From: Camelus ferus
Lineage: Eukaryota
DNA: 64,000 nt
Direction of reading: 5' to 3'
Assembly (NCBI RefSeq): GCF_009834535.1
Contig: NC_045697.1
Span: 57,910,001 to 57,974,000, forward strand
The notes under the pieces are model-generated. The model was not told the DNA's origin. It worked only from the letters and a program-made list of their open reading frames with translations, and ran no database searches. Shown here in pieces: positions 40,425 through 54,440 of the stretch (position 1 is the first letter of the stretch; the number at the start of each line of letters is the position of its first letter). The position numbers and the translations under genes are program-made.

Positions 40425-42252
40425 ATAAACCTCTTTAATGATGTGAGTCAAACAGCGTAATAGGGTTATGTGGGAGAACATAAAAGTTTCCCCATCCCAA
40501 GCAAATCAGTAAATTATTTAGTCTTTTTTCTTTACTCTCATTCATTAAACATTAGTCCTATTTATTAACTATATTATTCACTTTCTTTCCTTACCAAATT
40601 TCCTAAAACTATTAATGCCAAGTGATGATTAAATATATTAAACCCGACTGCTTGAGCTGCTGGAGTGAGAGAGCTCTTGGTGAAACAAGAAAAAACAAAT
40701 ACAAGAAATATGTCCCAGAAGAATAGCTCATTAGCTGTAATCAATGTTAATTCAGTAATGTGTTTGTCTCCTATTTTGCTTTAGATCTATGCCACCCCCA
40801 AACATCTCTAAAGTACAGAATATTTTATAAGTTAAGAAACAAACAAATGCATATATCAATGAATAAACTATGTATCAAACTCCTCACTAAATTTGAATTG
40901 AAGGGAAGATGAGAGAGGAAGGGCCTAAATAGTGTTAATTTTTCCCTTTGTATATACAGATATATGACCAAAATTAGTCCACATATTGATGGCTTAATTA
41001 GCTAAATATCAACCTTCAAATCATTTCTCAGTAGTGTATAAAGTACATTATATTTATTATCTAATTTTATGTCTAATACCAATTATAACAAGTGAGGTAT
41101 GAGTTATTAGCAGTTTGTCACTGACACGTGACATGAGTGAAATGATTTCACCCAGATGAGAACAGCAAGCAAGCAATGTTATGTAGTCATTAACAAACTA
41201 CGTTAACTCTCTCTTCATTGTTTCATTATACAAGTGCTCAAGATTTTCCTTCTTAAAAAATATGTACATATACATATAAACATGGACATGCATATGCACA
41301 GGTACACATACACAATAATAATGATTTCCTTCACAGCCAACTTTGTGAATCTGTTGTCTAATCTTTATTTTATCTAGTTCCTCATCTCTATTCATTTCTT
41401 GATCTCCTCTTATCTGGCTACTATACAGTAGTGTGTTGGAGCTGACTTATATATAAGTATTCCAGAGCCAGGAGTATTTTGAGCTAAACACAACATTATT
41501 AATATTTGCTTGTCACCAAGACTTGCCATACCTCTACAGAAAGATTGATTGATTATTAGGTACAACACTTCTTCAGACCACTGTGATAAAAAATATAAGA
41601 CCCTTAACTTCTTTTATTCCTCACGAGGTTACAAGTTTTCTTATCACAAGAATTATTTCTCTCTTGTACACCATCGTATTCCCAGTGCTTAACTTACAGT
41701 TGCTCAAAAATCTTTAACAGGTAATGTAAATGTAAAGAGTGAGGTTTGCAATAGACAGGACTTCTAAGAGAAGAACTGAGTAAGAAAAGAAAGGGAAAAA
41801 AATTGTTTCCTCTTTTTCCATTTTGATCAGGTTGTCTCTGATAATTGCTGCAGCCACAATTCATATCTAACATTTATCCTAATACTACAAAGCTCAGGAT
41901 ATCACATGATTTTATAGCTGTATTTTACATTTGGGACAAAAAGCCTGTTAAAGTTTAAGATGACGAGAAATATAATCTTGGTTAATATTTGAAGACGAGC
42001 TCTTTTTTTTTTTTTTCTTTAACAACTGAAGGAAAAAAAAAATACTTCTACTCTAAATGTAGGCAATTTCTGAACTGAGACAAGCATATAGGATGAGAGC
42101 CAGGAACATTAAGCAATAGTATAGAACCTGTAGCAATTTGGAGCGTAAAGTTCCACGCTGAAAGCATCCAAGTTTTTAAGAATGAAGTAAGACTGTTATA
42201 ATTGCATTATACATATCAATTTCAAAGACTCACAGTAAATAAACAGAAAGTA

Positions 42253-43486
42253 CAGGCATATCTGCGAGATACTGCACGTTCATTTCCAGCCCACTGTTGT
42301 GATGAAGTAAGTCATGAACTTTTTGGTTTCCCAGTGCATATAAAATTTATGTCTACACTAGACTGTAGTCTATTAAGTGTACAACAGTATTATGTCTAAA
42401 AATAATGTGGATACCTTATTTTAAAAATACTTCATTGCTAAAAAATGCTAATTATTTATTTCTCCTCTTGAGCTATGAGGATCCTAGATGGCATCTTTTT
42501 CCAATCGAAGGCTGTTTCATCTATATCATAAATCTGTTGTTTAGTGTAGCCACCCTCATTAATGATCTGAGCTAGATCTGCTGGGTAACTTGCTGCAGTT
42601 TCTCTGTCAGCACTTGCTTCACCTCGCACTTTGATGTTATGGAGGTGGCTTCATTCCTTCGACCTGTGAACCAACCTCTCCTGGCTCCAAACTTTCCATC
42701 TGCAGCTTCCTTATCTTTCAAACTTCGTAGAACTGAAGAACGTTAAGACCTTGCTCTTGATTATGCTTTTGCTTAAGGAAATGCTGTGGCTGGTTTGATC
42801 TTTTATCCAGATGACTAAAACTTTCTCCCTATCAGTTATAAGACTGTTTTGATTTCTTATCATTCGTGTGTGCACTGGAGTAACACTTCTACTTTCATTC
42901 AAGAACGTTTCCTCTGCATTTAAAACATGGCTGTTTGTGTAAGAAGCTTAGCTTGTAACCTATCTCAGCTTTCGACTTGCCTTCCTCACTCAGCTTAATC
43001 ATGTTTCGCTTTTGATTTGGGGCTGGACACATGCGACTAACCCTTTCACTTGAACACTTAGAGGCCATTGTAGGGTTATTAACTGGCCTAATTTTAAAAT
43101 TGTTGTGTCTCCGGGAATAGGAAGGCCCAAAAAGAGGGCAAGAAATGGTGGATGGCTAGTCAGTGGAGCAGTCAGAACACACAACACTTATGACATGCTC
43201 CCTCTTCTATGGGCAAGGTTTGCAGTAGTCCAAAGCAATGATAATAGTAACATCAAAGATTACTGACCACAGATCACTATAAAAAATGTAACAGCAATGC
43301 AAACGTTTGAAATACTGCATGAATTAACAAGATGTGTTATAGACATACAAAGTGAGCAAATGCCATTGGAAAAATGATGCCAAAAGACATGCTTGATGTA
43401 GAGCCGCCACATACCTTCAATTTGTGAAATATACCGTACCTATGAAGCACAGTGAAGCAAAAGCACAATAAAGTGAGGCATGCCTG
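42253..43486 (-). mobile_element. Tigger1 DNA transposon, internally deleted (~1.2 kb), with decayed transposase
   Basis: TA|caggcata ... atgcctg|TA termini; minus ORF 42711-42902 ([37 protein letters not shown]) resembles the Tigger1 transposase HTH-CENPB region. Confidence 0.93.
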
Positions 43487-43879
43487 TATGCTCAAATATG
43501 CGGCAATGAGTAACTGAAATAGTATTTATAGCTACAATATGCTACATCCTGGGGAACTTACCCAAAGATAAGTTACTTACATTGTACCTAGACTCTGTAA
43601 GAGAAATTTCAGTCAAACATTTTTCTTTATGCTCAATTAAAAAAACCAAAACCCCTCTAAGCAAAGGCACCATGTTTATTTCTGAGCATTTCGTTTCAAT
43701 TTGCATTTAAGTTAATTTATGTGATTATCAAATATGACTAAAGGATACTTTAAATTTTTAATTACACAGAATTGTAAGAAAATGTTAAAAATCTTAAATC
43801 CTTACTCTTCCATCTCCTAGAAATCTAACTTGCATTAAGTACTGTGATTTCTCTTTCTCTCTACCTTCCAATCTATCTA

Positions 43880-44230
43880 TTTCCTCAAGCATACCCTGTA
43901 AGTTGGATTAAGAGTTGACAACGTCAAAGCCACCATCAATTCCTCCATTTTTCTTGCCAAAAGAATCTTGAATTTGGGGAAATGGGGACTGACAAAACTA
44001 AAAATTTATTTTACAGACCACCGTGCTCTGGAGTCAGAGGAGCTGAGGGAATGAGGAATATAACATAAGTCTGGTCAATGATGTGTAGCGGAGTACATTG
44101 GGGTTTCTGTAAAATATCTAAGTTTCTGTTAAAAATTGACAATGGCAGGTGTTGCTAGTTTTTTCTCTTCTTCTTCCCTTGAGCATGGGTATCTAAACTA
44201 CACCTACAGTAGCCATTTTAAAACATAAGA
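43880..44230 (+). mobile_element. Old MaLR LTR fragment (MLT1I/J-like)
   Basis: ggaatataacataagtctggtcaatgatgtgtagcggagtac...gtagccatttt. Confidence 0.4.
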
Positions 44231-44719
44231 GAAAGTAGCAATAATGAAATTGATAAAAAGTAAATGCTAAATAACAGCAAATTCTAACCAAAATGATAAA
44301 ATATTGTGAAGATATATAGATCAACTATGTGAGAATGTTTATTGGCAAGTAAATGATCACAGTATATTGCAAAGGTTTACGTGGTATACAAAACATTCAC
44401 AAAGATGGTACCATTTTGTAAATATATGGAGAAGAAAGGGAAGTGTATAAAGAGTCTAGGTATATCCTGGCAGTGGAATAAAAGAAGTGGGGAGATAGAA
44501 GTGTCTATCCCAGACGCAGCCAACAATGGGGTTGTATTCTCAGTTACAGTACTTAGGAACAGTAATAAAGCCAAGAAGAAGCTAATAAGTGATTTATTAT
44601 TAATATGTACCAGCTGGCTTTTCTACTTGTTTGCAGAAATAATATCTTCTAAGCACAGAAAACTTGGGAAATAAGAATGTAATCAAGAAAAATGTCTTTA
44701 ATAATTATTTCACCAATTT

Positions 44720-45185
44720 TTTTCCATTTTGCTAAACTATTCAAAATCAAATGGCTTAAAACAACAATTTATCATTATTTATTTCAATATTATGTGGGTT
44801 AAGAATCTGGGTGGGGTTCAGGGGCTTAACTTCATAATATCTGGGGTCTCTGCTGGGATGATTTGATTGGCAGGGGCTAGAACAGCTGGATGGAGTTTCT
44901 ATGTCTCTCCGAATTTCTTGCTCCCCATTTCCCCTCAAGGCCTCTCCATGTAATTACCTTGGCCTTTCACATAGCTTGCACACAGAATGGTCTGATTTCT
45001 CAAGAGAAGGTCAGTATTCCAAGAAAAAGGCAGAGGAAACTACCAAGTCTCTTAAAGCCTAGGTCCAAAACGGCAAGCATTAATTCTTTCACGCTCTAAG
45101 CCTAGATTCAAGAGGATGGGATATAGTCCTTACCTTTCAAAGGGAGGGATGTCAAAGTATTCATGCCCATTTTTAATCCAGCATA
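44720..45185 (-). mobile_element. MaLR LTR (MLT1G/H-like), antisense
   Basis: tggcttaaaacaacaatttat...tgtgggttaagaatctggg...cctagattcaagaggatgggatatagtcc. Confidence 0.7.
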
Positions 45186-48100
45186 ATATTTATGTATGGG
45201 TTTGTGTACATGATTCAGTGGTCAGACGGTCAGATATCCTTCAATCAAATGAAATGCAATATAACTTAAGAAAAAACTTGAAATATGAACACATATACAA
45301 TAAATTGTCAGACTGATAAAGAAGATTAAGAAGAGTGGGTTAATATATTGGCTACTTCAACTGAAAAAAACCAGTTAGTTTCCAAGAGAAGCTAGACACA
45401 GGGTTCAAACTATATTCTCTCTCTTGTTTTTTTACTTGCTCAGATGTCCATGGAATAACTTGAGTGGACAGACTTCGTCATAAGACAATACTTACAATAT
45501 TGTAGCTTGGGGAAAAAAAGGGTCTGGTTAGCCAACCTGAGCCACATAATCAATCCAGTAGCTGGAGAGATGAGGCCATATAATCTCATTGCCAGCTTCC
45601 TTAGATAGGAGAAATATACTTTTTAAGGATGCATTAAACATTAGTTACTATAAAAATCAGTGTCCACTAACTTTAAAAGGAATATAGGTAAATATAATGT
45701 AATTAGATTAATAATATAAGGCTATGTTCACTATTTCCATATGTTTCCTGTTTGAATTATTTGTGCTCTAAACTAATACCTGCTATTAAGCAGAAATACA
45801 GTTTTTTTAATATAAGAAAATTAACAGTACTTATTGCAGTTTAAATAACAGTAACTACGACTTGAATATATGCCAGGAAAATATATCTCAGGATTCTATG
45901 TGGAATGAGCTTTAAAATACCATTATAGTTTGTTAACTATGCACAGATAATTAAATCATAAAGATAGAGAAGAGCAGAATTTAAGATATGTATCTCCCCA
46001 TCAGAGCATTAGCACAGGAGGCTGTACCAACTACTGAATTTTCTGTCAGATTTGAAATAGTCTCAGTGGAAGGTTAAAATCATTCCCTGTCAATCGTTAT
46101 CTATCAGCACCTACATCAAGCCCAAAAGGAGTAATTGTTGAAATGGGTGTCTTCCGATAGAAAGACACCTGCTGGGATACAGATTATTTTCAATACTTCC
46201 TGTGGATGGATAACAGTAGAGTCCAAGCTTCTGAGACCAGTCCAACTAGCATTTGTCCTATATTCACTGTTTTTTACATCCTACATTCACTCTTTTTTAC
46301 ATCAAGGGGACCTATATGCTAGAGGGTTTCCAGAAATATCTTTCAAACGAAGGGAGGTCAGGAAATAAATTGCAGCATGCCTGAATTTGTCCCCATAATC
46401 TCGATACATGGGTTTCCATTTTAAGAATGATGGTTGTGATCAAACTCAAATTTAGGAATACGAGTGAGGGTCAAAAATCAAGCTTTTATTATTGGTTAGT
46501 AGCTTGAAAGGGACTATTTGCTATTAGGATATTGTTGGGAAGAAGATGACTGAATTGTTAGAATACAAAGGAGTAAAAAAGCAGTTCTAGATGTGGAAGA
46601 TAAAACAATGCAGCCGACAGAATGTGTCATATATATACCATTACCCAACTGAAGACAATCTTTAATTGTCACTTAGATGAATTCTTTCAAACTATGCTAC
46701 CAGAGCTTTGCAACTGTCAAGAAGAGTCAAGGAAGAGGGTGCTCTGTGATTGGAATTTCTGACATATACTCCAAAGTCCACAGCAAAATCTACCTGGATC
46801 ATAGTAATTTTGTTTATCGTTAATGTACATGATTGGATTTTCACAAAGATTTTATTTGAAGGGAAGAGTCCATTGCTATAAAGATAAAGAAACTATTGAG
46901 CTAGACCTGTTGTCTCTTGAGATATTAATGCAGACTTAGTTATAAATTTCATGCCATTGTAAATATTATATACATTACAATTATATATAAGAGATTTTTT
47001 AAGTATATATAACATTTTAATTTCAATGAATAAACAAGATTTTAGACCTCATTAAAACCTAGTATTAATAATATTTTAATGAAAGAAATGATTGTTAGGC
47101 ATCCCTATTTTTAAACATCCCTATTCAGAAATTTGTGATATAGCAACTTATGAGCCTTGTTCAATGCAAGTATATTTCACAACTGTATTTTAACAACTGC
47201 CCGACCTGAAAAATATACCATGAAAGATGTATAGATCTAAAAGGAAGAAAACCATCGGTGGTTGTGATGACTTTATGCACTTTGAATCCAAACTGTCCAC
47301 AGGTTTTTACTGAAAGGTTGCTAATAAATACTTAGAAACTAATGGAAAAGTTTTTGAAATTGTTAGTAAATTGATTTAAACCTCTCCTGAATCTCTTGAT
47401 TTAGAAGATTTTTAAATAAGAAAATTCTATTTCCAGTTGTCTTTTTGGTTTTTATGTGCATCATATTTTAAAGGTATTACTAATCTCATTAGGACAAAAT
47501 CACGTGGTAACTATTACAATTCCAGACACATGTTTTCAAAATGACACTGTTCATAGCACAAGTTTCTTTTGAAAAGCATTAACTTTCTCATCTATTGTAA
47601 GGTCACCTTTATGTTGAAAGAAAAGAACTTCTATATTTGTTCTCGACTTAATAACAGTACATCAATAGGTAATTACTGACAGTCACTTGTCATTCAGTAA
47701 AATAGCAATGAATTCAGTGCATTTTTTTTTTTTTTGGTAAAAGGAAAATACATAATTTATTTTTAACTTGGGACAACTCGTAGGGACTACATAATGGTAA
47801 CTAGTAAAATGTTAGTCTGTACAAAGATTTTCATTTGAATTTACCTCAATAGAAAACAGAATAACATTTTACAACTTGAACGTTTTTTATTGTAACACTA
47901 ATCATATTTAGGATATATTGGAATATAAGTATAATATGCTAAATCAGCTGGATCCGCATATGCCACAGTGAGAGCTCTCGTGGCAAAGCGTCTGCTTCCC
48001 TGAGACTCTATGCTTTATGAAATACGCGAGAGTCCCAATGACAAGCCACATATTAAGTTGTAAAAACTAAGTGCTTCCATGATTTAGACAAAAATTTAAA

Positions 48101-48559
48101 TAAAGACATTCTACTTTCCTCCTGCGCTTCTATATGATAAACACGTGGATGTATATGCCTGTCACCACGTAGACAGCAATATTCTGCCAAAAGCAGATAC
48201 CTATTTGATCACTGTTCAGATTCAGCCTATGTGCCATTACGAGAGAGAGTAAATTTCATGAAGTCAGGGCTCAGAAAGTTTTAGGCCTTCCCACTGGGCT
48301 ACAGATAACGTGCAGGTTATGACTCACTATTTTCATATCCGAATCAGCCTTTCCACATGACCTTCCCCAGGAAAACGAGTTACCTGCATCAGTCATATTG
48401 ATATTTACTGGATATGGCTATGTTTTCCCATCCTAGGGCGTAAGCTATTTCACTTCCTGCTGCTTCTTTTGTACCATCACTGCCTCTAAAAACCCTACTT
48501 TCTTCAAATCCACATCATCCATGACTCTTCCTTTTACATTCCCTGAATTGGGACTACTT

Positions 48560-48577
48560 TGTGTGTGTGTGTGTGTG
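48560..48577. repeat. (TG)n microsatellite
   Basis: About 9 TG units. Confidence 0.9.
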
Positions 48578-50289
48578 AGATCAAGTGTGTGTACTGTCTT
48601 CAATTCTATGTGACTATGGGAATATGCCCTTTCTCATCTACTATGTTAAAGGATCATGCCTTGCTTGTGTTTATATTCTTTTAAAAGCAAATATCTGGAA
48701 ACATTATGAGTTGATATATTTGTTGAGTTTAACTTTTACTCATTAATGAGAACTTTTGCTCATCAATACAAGAAAAATAAATCAGTTCCTAATATCCAGT
48801 TTCCTAATATCCTTAGGTCAGCAGTAAATAAAGAATAACTTGTCACTGTCTTAGCTTTCTGCCAGTCAGTCCAGCTTCAAGAACAATGTTAAATTGCCTT
48901 TCCTTATTTACTTTTTTAAATAAGTGGTTTTATTTATATAATAATTATTTTGTATGATGTTAATATTGCTTTTACAAGTTTAAATTATAATTATTATTTT
49001 CCTAGATGAGTTACATTTAATGTAAAAATTATACTTTTATAATAATTTGAGATCATAAAGGAAAAAGCGTAAAAAATCTTAATTATAGAAGTAAATGTGT
49101 GAGTATGGTATTTACACAAAGAATGAAAGAAAAATTCTGTACCATAAATAATTACTAAGCATTGTAAGCTCAATGCACAATTTTCCTAGTTATTCAAGCA
49201 CATAAAATAAATAAACCCTGAACTTGACATTCCAGGGATCTATTTAGAAAAATCTTAGAAGGTAATAAAGTACTTTTGAAGCCATTTAATAAGCATTCAA
49301 CCACGTTTCTTTTTTGAAATAAGCTTTTTTCCAGTTAAACTGGAAAAGAGAAAATGGTTGATCCTTTATTTGATGTGATAACCCCATATGTCAGAGTTAT
49401 GGCATACAATTCAGATAGCACAAAGAAATAAAGACTAGCTTAAGGATATTTTTTCTAATGGACAATTTTATGATTATAGTAAATATTTCTTTATTAAAAT
49501 CTCATGTTATCTGTTGATTTAAAGTGCATTAGATTACCAGCTGATACTGAAAGCACTACCACAGATTTTAAATTGGGTTGTTACAAAGTAGTTCACTGAC
49601 ATGAGTACTCAATCTAGAGAATTGCTTAAGAAACCCGTTAGAAAAATAATCTTTAAAATATTTTTCTGTCCTCAAGTGTGTCATAACTTTCTATTAAATG
49701 GTCCTTTTTATTGACTGCATTATTGCCTATTGATATTATTTCTAAGGTCAGCAACTAATATTTTGAAAAGCAAAAACATGAATATGAAGAGAGTGGCCTC
49801 AACAATTGAACATATTTCTTCCAGTGAAAGGTCATCAGAATCTTTATTTGATCAGGAAAAGGGGATTTGTTCAACATACGCAGTTGTCTCTTGGTTTCTT
49901 GAATCATTGGGGAGCATAAAAATGAACCCTTAAGGGACTCACCATTCTGAATAAAAGATCGGAGTTCTAAAATCCTGGTTCTGACAAAGGAATTGTATTC
50001 ACCTCCCAACACTGAATGTATCTGTCTGAAAAAGAATATCCTGGAAATATTATTATGTGCATAATGAAGATTTCTAAAGCTGTTTAAAGTGCCTAAGTGT
50101 TGAAAGTTACCAAAGTAATTTATGGTCCTAGGCAAGTGCTTTAGTTTGTTTCAATTCTGAAAAAAAGATTTAAGTGTACAATATAAAAAAGTGAGCATAT
50201 TCCTCCCATTTCCCTATAAAAATGTTTGAAACATTTGTAATCTATGTAGACATTCTGCTCCAGTGGGAAATATCAGAAAACTTTTCTCT

Positions 50290-50850
50290 AGTATATTTTA
50301 CTTATTCTTGTATTTATCCATTAAATATATTAATTGGTGTCTAATATACAACAGTTACAGGCTTAATCCTGAAGTATCATCATCTTATTTCAAATGCAGT
50401 GATCACAAATGTGTGCCAATTATGTGAACAGGAAGAAGGGACAGCTATTCCAAACTGGAGTTGGTTAGCAACAGCTTCCATAAAGGAAGTGACAGGCTAA
50501 ATTTCAGTAGGTGACTAAAGATATTAGACTTAGAAAAGAGAAAAGGATATTAAAACATAAGAGACAGTAAATGCTAATAAAAGTAGCACAGTGTACGTAG
50601 GGGAAATGAAACTAATTTGGGTCTTTGGAAACATAAAACACAAGGCACAGCACACTTAAACATGTGTCTGGAAAATAGAGGACACATAATAGCCACCCTT
50701 AAATATCAGGAAAAGTATTCTGTAAGTGATAGAAAATCCTTGAATGCTTTGAAGCAAAGAAGCAGTGTTGTTAAACTGCATTTGAGAAAGAACCTGGTGG
50801 CTTTCTAAGCTGTGGATTTGAGAGAAGCAAGAAGGCAGAAAGATGCTAAA
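50290..50850 (-). mobile_element. LINE-2 fragment (antisense)
   Basis: tattctgtaagtgatagaaaatccttgaatgctttgaagca...tgcatttgagaaagaacctggtggc. Confidence 0.6.
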
Positions 50851-51799
50851 ACAGAAAAATTGAAATAAATCCCTGTTTTTTTTCCTGTATTGGGAGAGTT
50901 GTGTGTGTATTCTTTTTATCCTAAATAATTAGTTGTTAAATAATTACCAACACATGACTGGCTGTACCCGACTAGTGATCATTCAAAGACTACACTGTTC
51001 TCTTAAAAATCTTCAGAAGTAAAAGTAAGATACTATCATTAGTCAAAAACATCTTTCCAATGCCTCAAAAAACCATGCACACGCAATATCAAATTAACTG
51101 ACATGCTGAAATCAGTAAAACACATGTGTCTCTTAGCTACACTAAAATACACAGATTAGACATTTAAAGGGTTTGCATGTTATAATCTGTAAAGTAATGG
51201 CTTTCTCAATAGAAATAACTGCATTCACCAACGACGGAAGTTATTCAGCCATGCTTTTGTATCGAGGGACCTCTGATCACCACAGTCCTGTCATCTGTCT
51301 CAATATTAGAAGTAAATTTCTACTTTTTTCCCAGAGGTTCTCTTATGTCACAACCGTTTACAGAAATCTCTGCATATACAAGTGTTATCAAGGAGGAAAA
51401 AATGTCAAAGGTACACACAAAACTGTATTTTTAAATAAAAAATCCGAATGCTAAATCAAATGCCACATAATAATAAACATCAAGTATCCAATGTGTGAAG
51501 AATCGTGTTAAATGTTGTGTTAATATTTTACATATTAACCCATGAAGTCCCCATGCAATATCCAGTTTATGAAAATCAGGACTCAGGATGATGGTGCTGT
51601 GCTAGTTGGATGATGATTGGAACCTAAGTCTGAGATCCCAGACTGCTTTCTCTTGTCTGGTTATCTAATCTGCCCTAACATTCTCCACAGCAAGTCTCTT
51701 TGGATGAAAATGAAAAAGGAAACCACTGGAAAATCTCACCAAGTTCAAACTAGATTACCGACACAGAAAATGAATTTCAGAAGATAAAACTTTGAGGCT

Positions 51800-52035
51800 C
51801 TGTTTAGTAATCCAAAGAGCACTGGCTTTAGAGTCACACATATCTTAATGAGATTCCCCGCTGCATCAGTCAGATGAGCTGGGTGAATGTGGGTAAATTA
51901 GTCAGCCAACATGGGCCTCAGTGCTATCATCTGTAGCACGGTTAAGAGAATTAAAAATGAAATTGCCTATAAAGCCTCTAGTGCAGACCCAGGTAATAAT
52001 GAGTGCTCATCAGCAGGTTAGCATAATTGCTACTG
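51800..52035 (+). mobile_element. MIR SINE
   Basis: aagagcactggctttagagtcacaca...gctgggtgaatgtgggtaaatta...gcctcagtgctatcatctgta. Confidence 0.75.
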
Positions 52036-52174
52036 CTGAAAGGTGAGCCAGAATAAGAGGTGAAGAGAATAGATACATCAACACATTTCTTTTTCAAAAG
52101 CAACACGCAACTGAGCGAACAGTAACACTTTCAGACACAGAGTTGACTTCAATCATTTTCTACAATGGAATTCT

Positions 52175-52241
52175 TTATATATCTATCTATATACCTATCA
52201 AGATAGATAGATAGACAGACAGATATACATATATATATATC
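52175..52241. repeat. (TATC)n/(GATA)n/(GACA)n/(TA)n compound microsatellite
   Basis: Direct reading of the sequence. Confidence 0.85.
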
Positions 52242-53799
52242 TTTGTTTTGTTTGCTGTTTAATTATTAACTGAGGCTCAAGAATGAAAAAAAAGATGAGA
52301 AAGGAAGATAGAACTGACTAGCTCTATACCACTCTAAAAATATAATTTCCCCGGGAAATTGTGACTAAAATGAAAATAATGCCATCAAATTAAATTATAA
52401 TCAATTATTATCAAATCTATAGGGTTTCTATGACTATTAAGGACATTGTTTTGAAAACTAGTAAGGAAAGATTAAATGAGCCTGACCTTTGCAAAGTATT
52501 AAAGACCTATTCTTACTTTCTGTTAACAAATACAAAATGAATTTATGGGAGTGAACAGTAAAACGTGGCAAATTATAAAAAGTAGTGTGGGACAAGACAG
52601 AAAGTGTTTATTACAACACAGTATCTTCTTCACGTGCCCCCAAAACTGATCTCAAAGGTTTAACATTCTGATAAATACTTTCAATCATATCTGGCAGCAA
52701 TTAATCATTCCCGCTACAGGTGGGACCACTGTCACTTTCCCTCAGACAGCACTTCTTGGGTCATGTCAGTGTCTGCAAGCAACACTAGCATCACTTGTTG
52801 GTCCTCTTTTCACACTAAAGCAATGATTTGAGGGTGAAAGCAAAGCTACAGTTGATAATTGGCAAGATATATTCAAGAGTCGGAAACCAGCTTCCTGGAT
52901 TAAAACATCCATCAATGTCTCAACCACTCTCCCTATCTGTCTCTCTTTAAGACATTTTTGTTAAAAAAATGAGTATCTGAGAAGAACTTTTTAAATCTTT
53001 GATATTTAGACACATAATGCAGAGAAAAGTACCTAATGTAAAGAAAATTATTTCAGTTTCTTTTCTTCTACTTTCATTGTCATTGAAATTGAATCAGTAT
53101 TGTGATTCTAACATTTTCGCTCTAACTTTAACTATTTAATATTGTGTTTCTATAAAAATATAATAAGGAGATTATTAAAATGATTGGAATTCCTTCTATG
53201 TATGCAAATCATAATGAATATAGTTTTATCAAATCCTTAAATCACGTACAGGAGAAATTCATAACTGTTCCTTATCATAGTAAGTAATAACCTCACACAC
53301 ACAAACATACACATACCTTCTCCATTAGAACACAGACAAAAATTTTCAAAAGCGTCACAAGGCAGAAACTTTCTTTTCACAGAGAAATATATTTGAGTAA
53401 CACTCTTATTTAAACACTGCTATTCGTATTACTGTTTACTGAGGTGAAACAGATGTCAGTATTTTCACCTCATTTTAATAGCCATAATTATATTATTTTC
53501 ATTGAACTTTATTATGCACAAAGTTTCTTTATAAATATAAATAAATATCATCACTCATGACCCTTATAATTTGGAAGTAGGCAGGGTAGAATCATTCTTT
53601 CTAGTTTATAGACAATGAATCTGGGGGTTTAGACAGTCAGGAGGTGTGTAGGTAGCAGTGCTGAAATGATAATCCACTTCTGATTCTCTTATCACTGCTC
53701 CTTTTCCTTTATCCAATGATCTGCTAAGCTACAGTGACCTTTAAAATACTTCTCAAGCTAAAATAGAATATTTATAAGAATAAGAAAATTTAACATGCC

Positions 53800-54440
53800 A
53801 AAACAAGAACGTGTCAGGCACTAGTGAGACACCTAGACCCAAGGATAGATGGAATGCAATTCAAGTTCTCAATAACTTCAAGGTCTATTGGGAGAAAAAA
53901 AAATTATATTTAAAGAAATTACAACACAACAATATATTGAGAAAATGCAACTATTTAGGACATGTCTCATAATGGCAGGAGATGAGGACTGATGCACAGC
54001 CAGGACATGGAAAGCCTTGAATACCAATCCAAAGGATTTGATTTTTTTTCCCTTAAAGAGTACAAATGAAATTAAGCAGGATAGTAATGAAATAAGACTT
54101 TCATTTTCAAAGTCTGTATCAGCAGTAGTATAGAGAATAGATTGGAGGGATAAGAGGAGAGAGTTCAGAGGCTATTTTAAAAATCCAGAACAAAGAGAGA
54201 AAACAGAGTTGAAGTAAATAACAGAAAAATGGGATTGAAATTATACAACACAAAACCAATTAAATATTAAAAATAATGAATGACTGCCAACACGTTTATA
54301 GAGAAAATGGTAGATGGTGGTACCATTCAACAAAATACATAATATATAACAAAATACAAGTCTCATGGGAGAATGAAGAAAGGTATTTCATCACCATCTG
54401 GTCACTCAGAGTTTGAAGGGCACAGGGACAGTGAACAACA
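53800..54440 (-). mobile_element. LINE-2 fragment (antisense)
   Basis: gtgtcaggcactagtg...gccttgaataccaatccaaaggatttga...ttaagcaggatagtaa...gatggtggtaccattca. Confidence 0.6.

Noticed and set aside
41426..41583. Possible second MER63-like mini element (cagtagtgtgttggagc...cagaccactg)
   Set aside because: Only the termini are suggestive; too little internal similarity to call
51335..51410. Plus-strand 76-nt exon-like segment after ttctacttttttcccag
   Set aside because: Weak donor (AAG|gtacac) and unrecognised peptides
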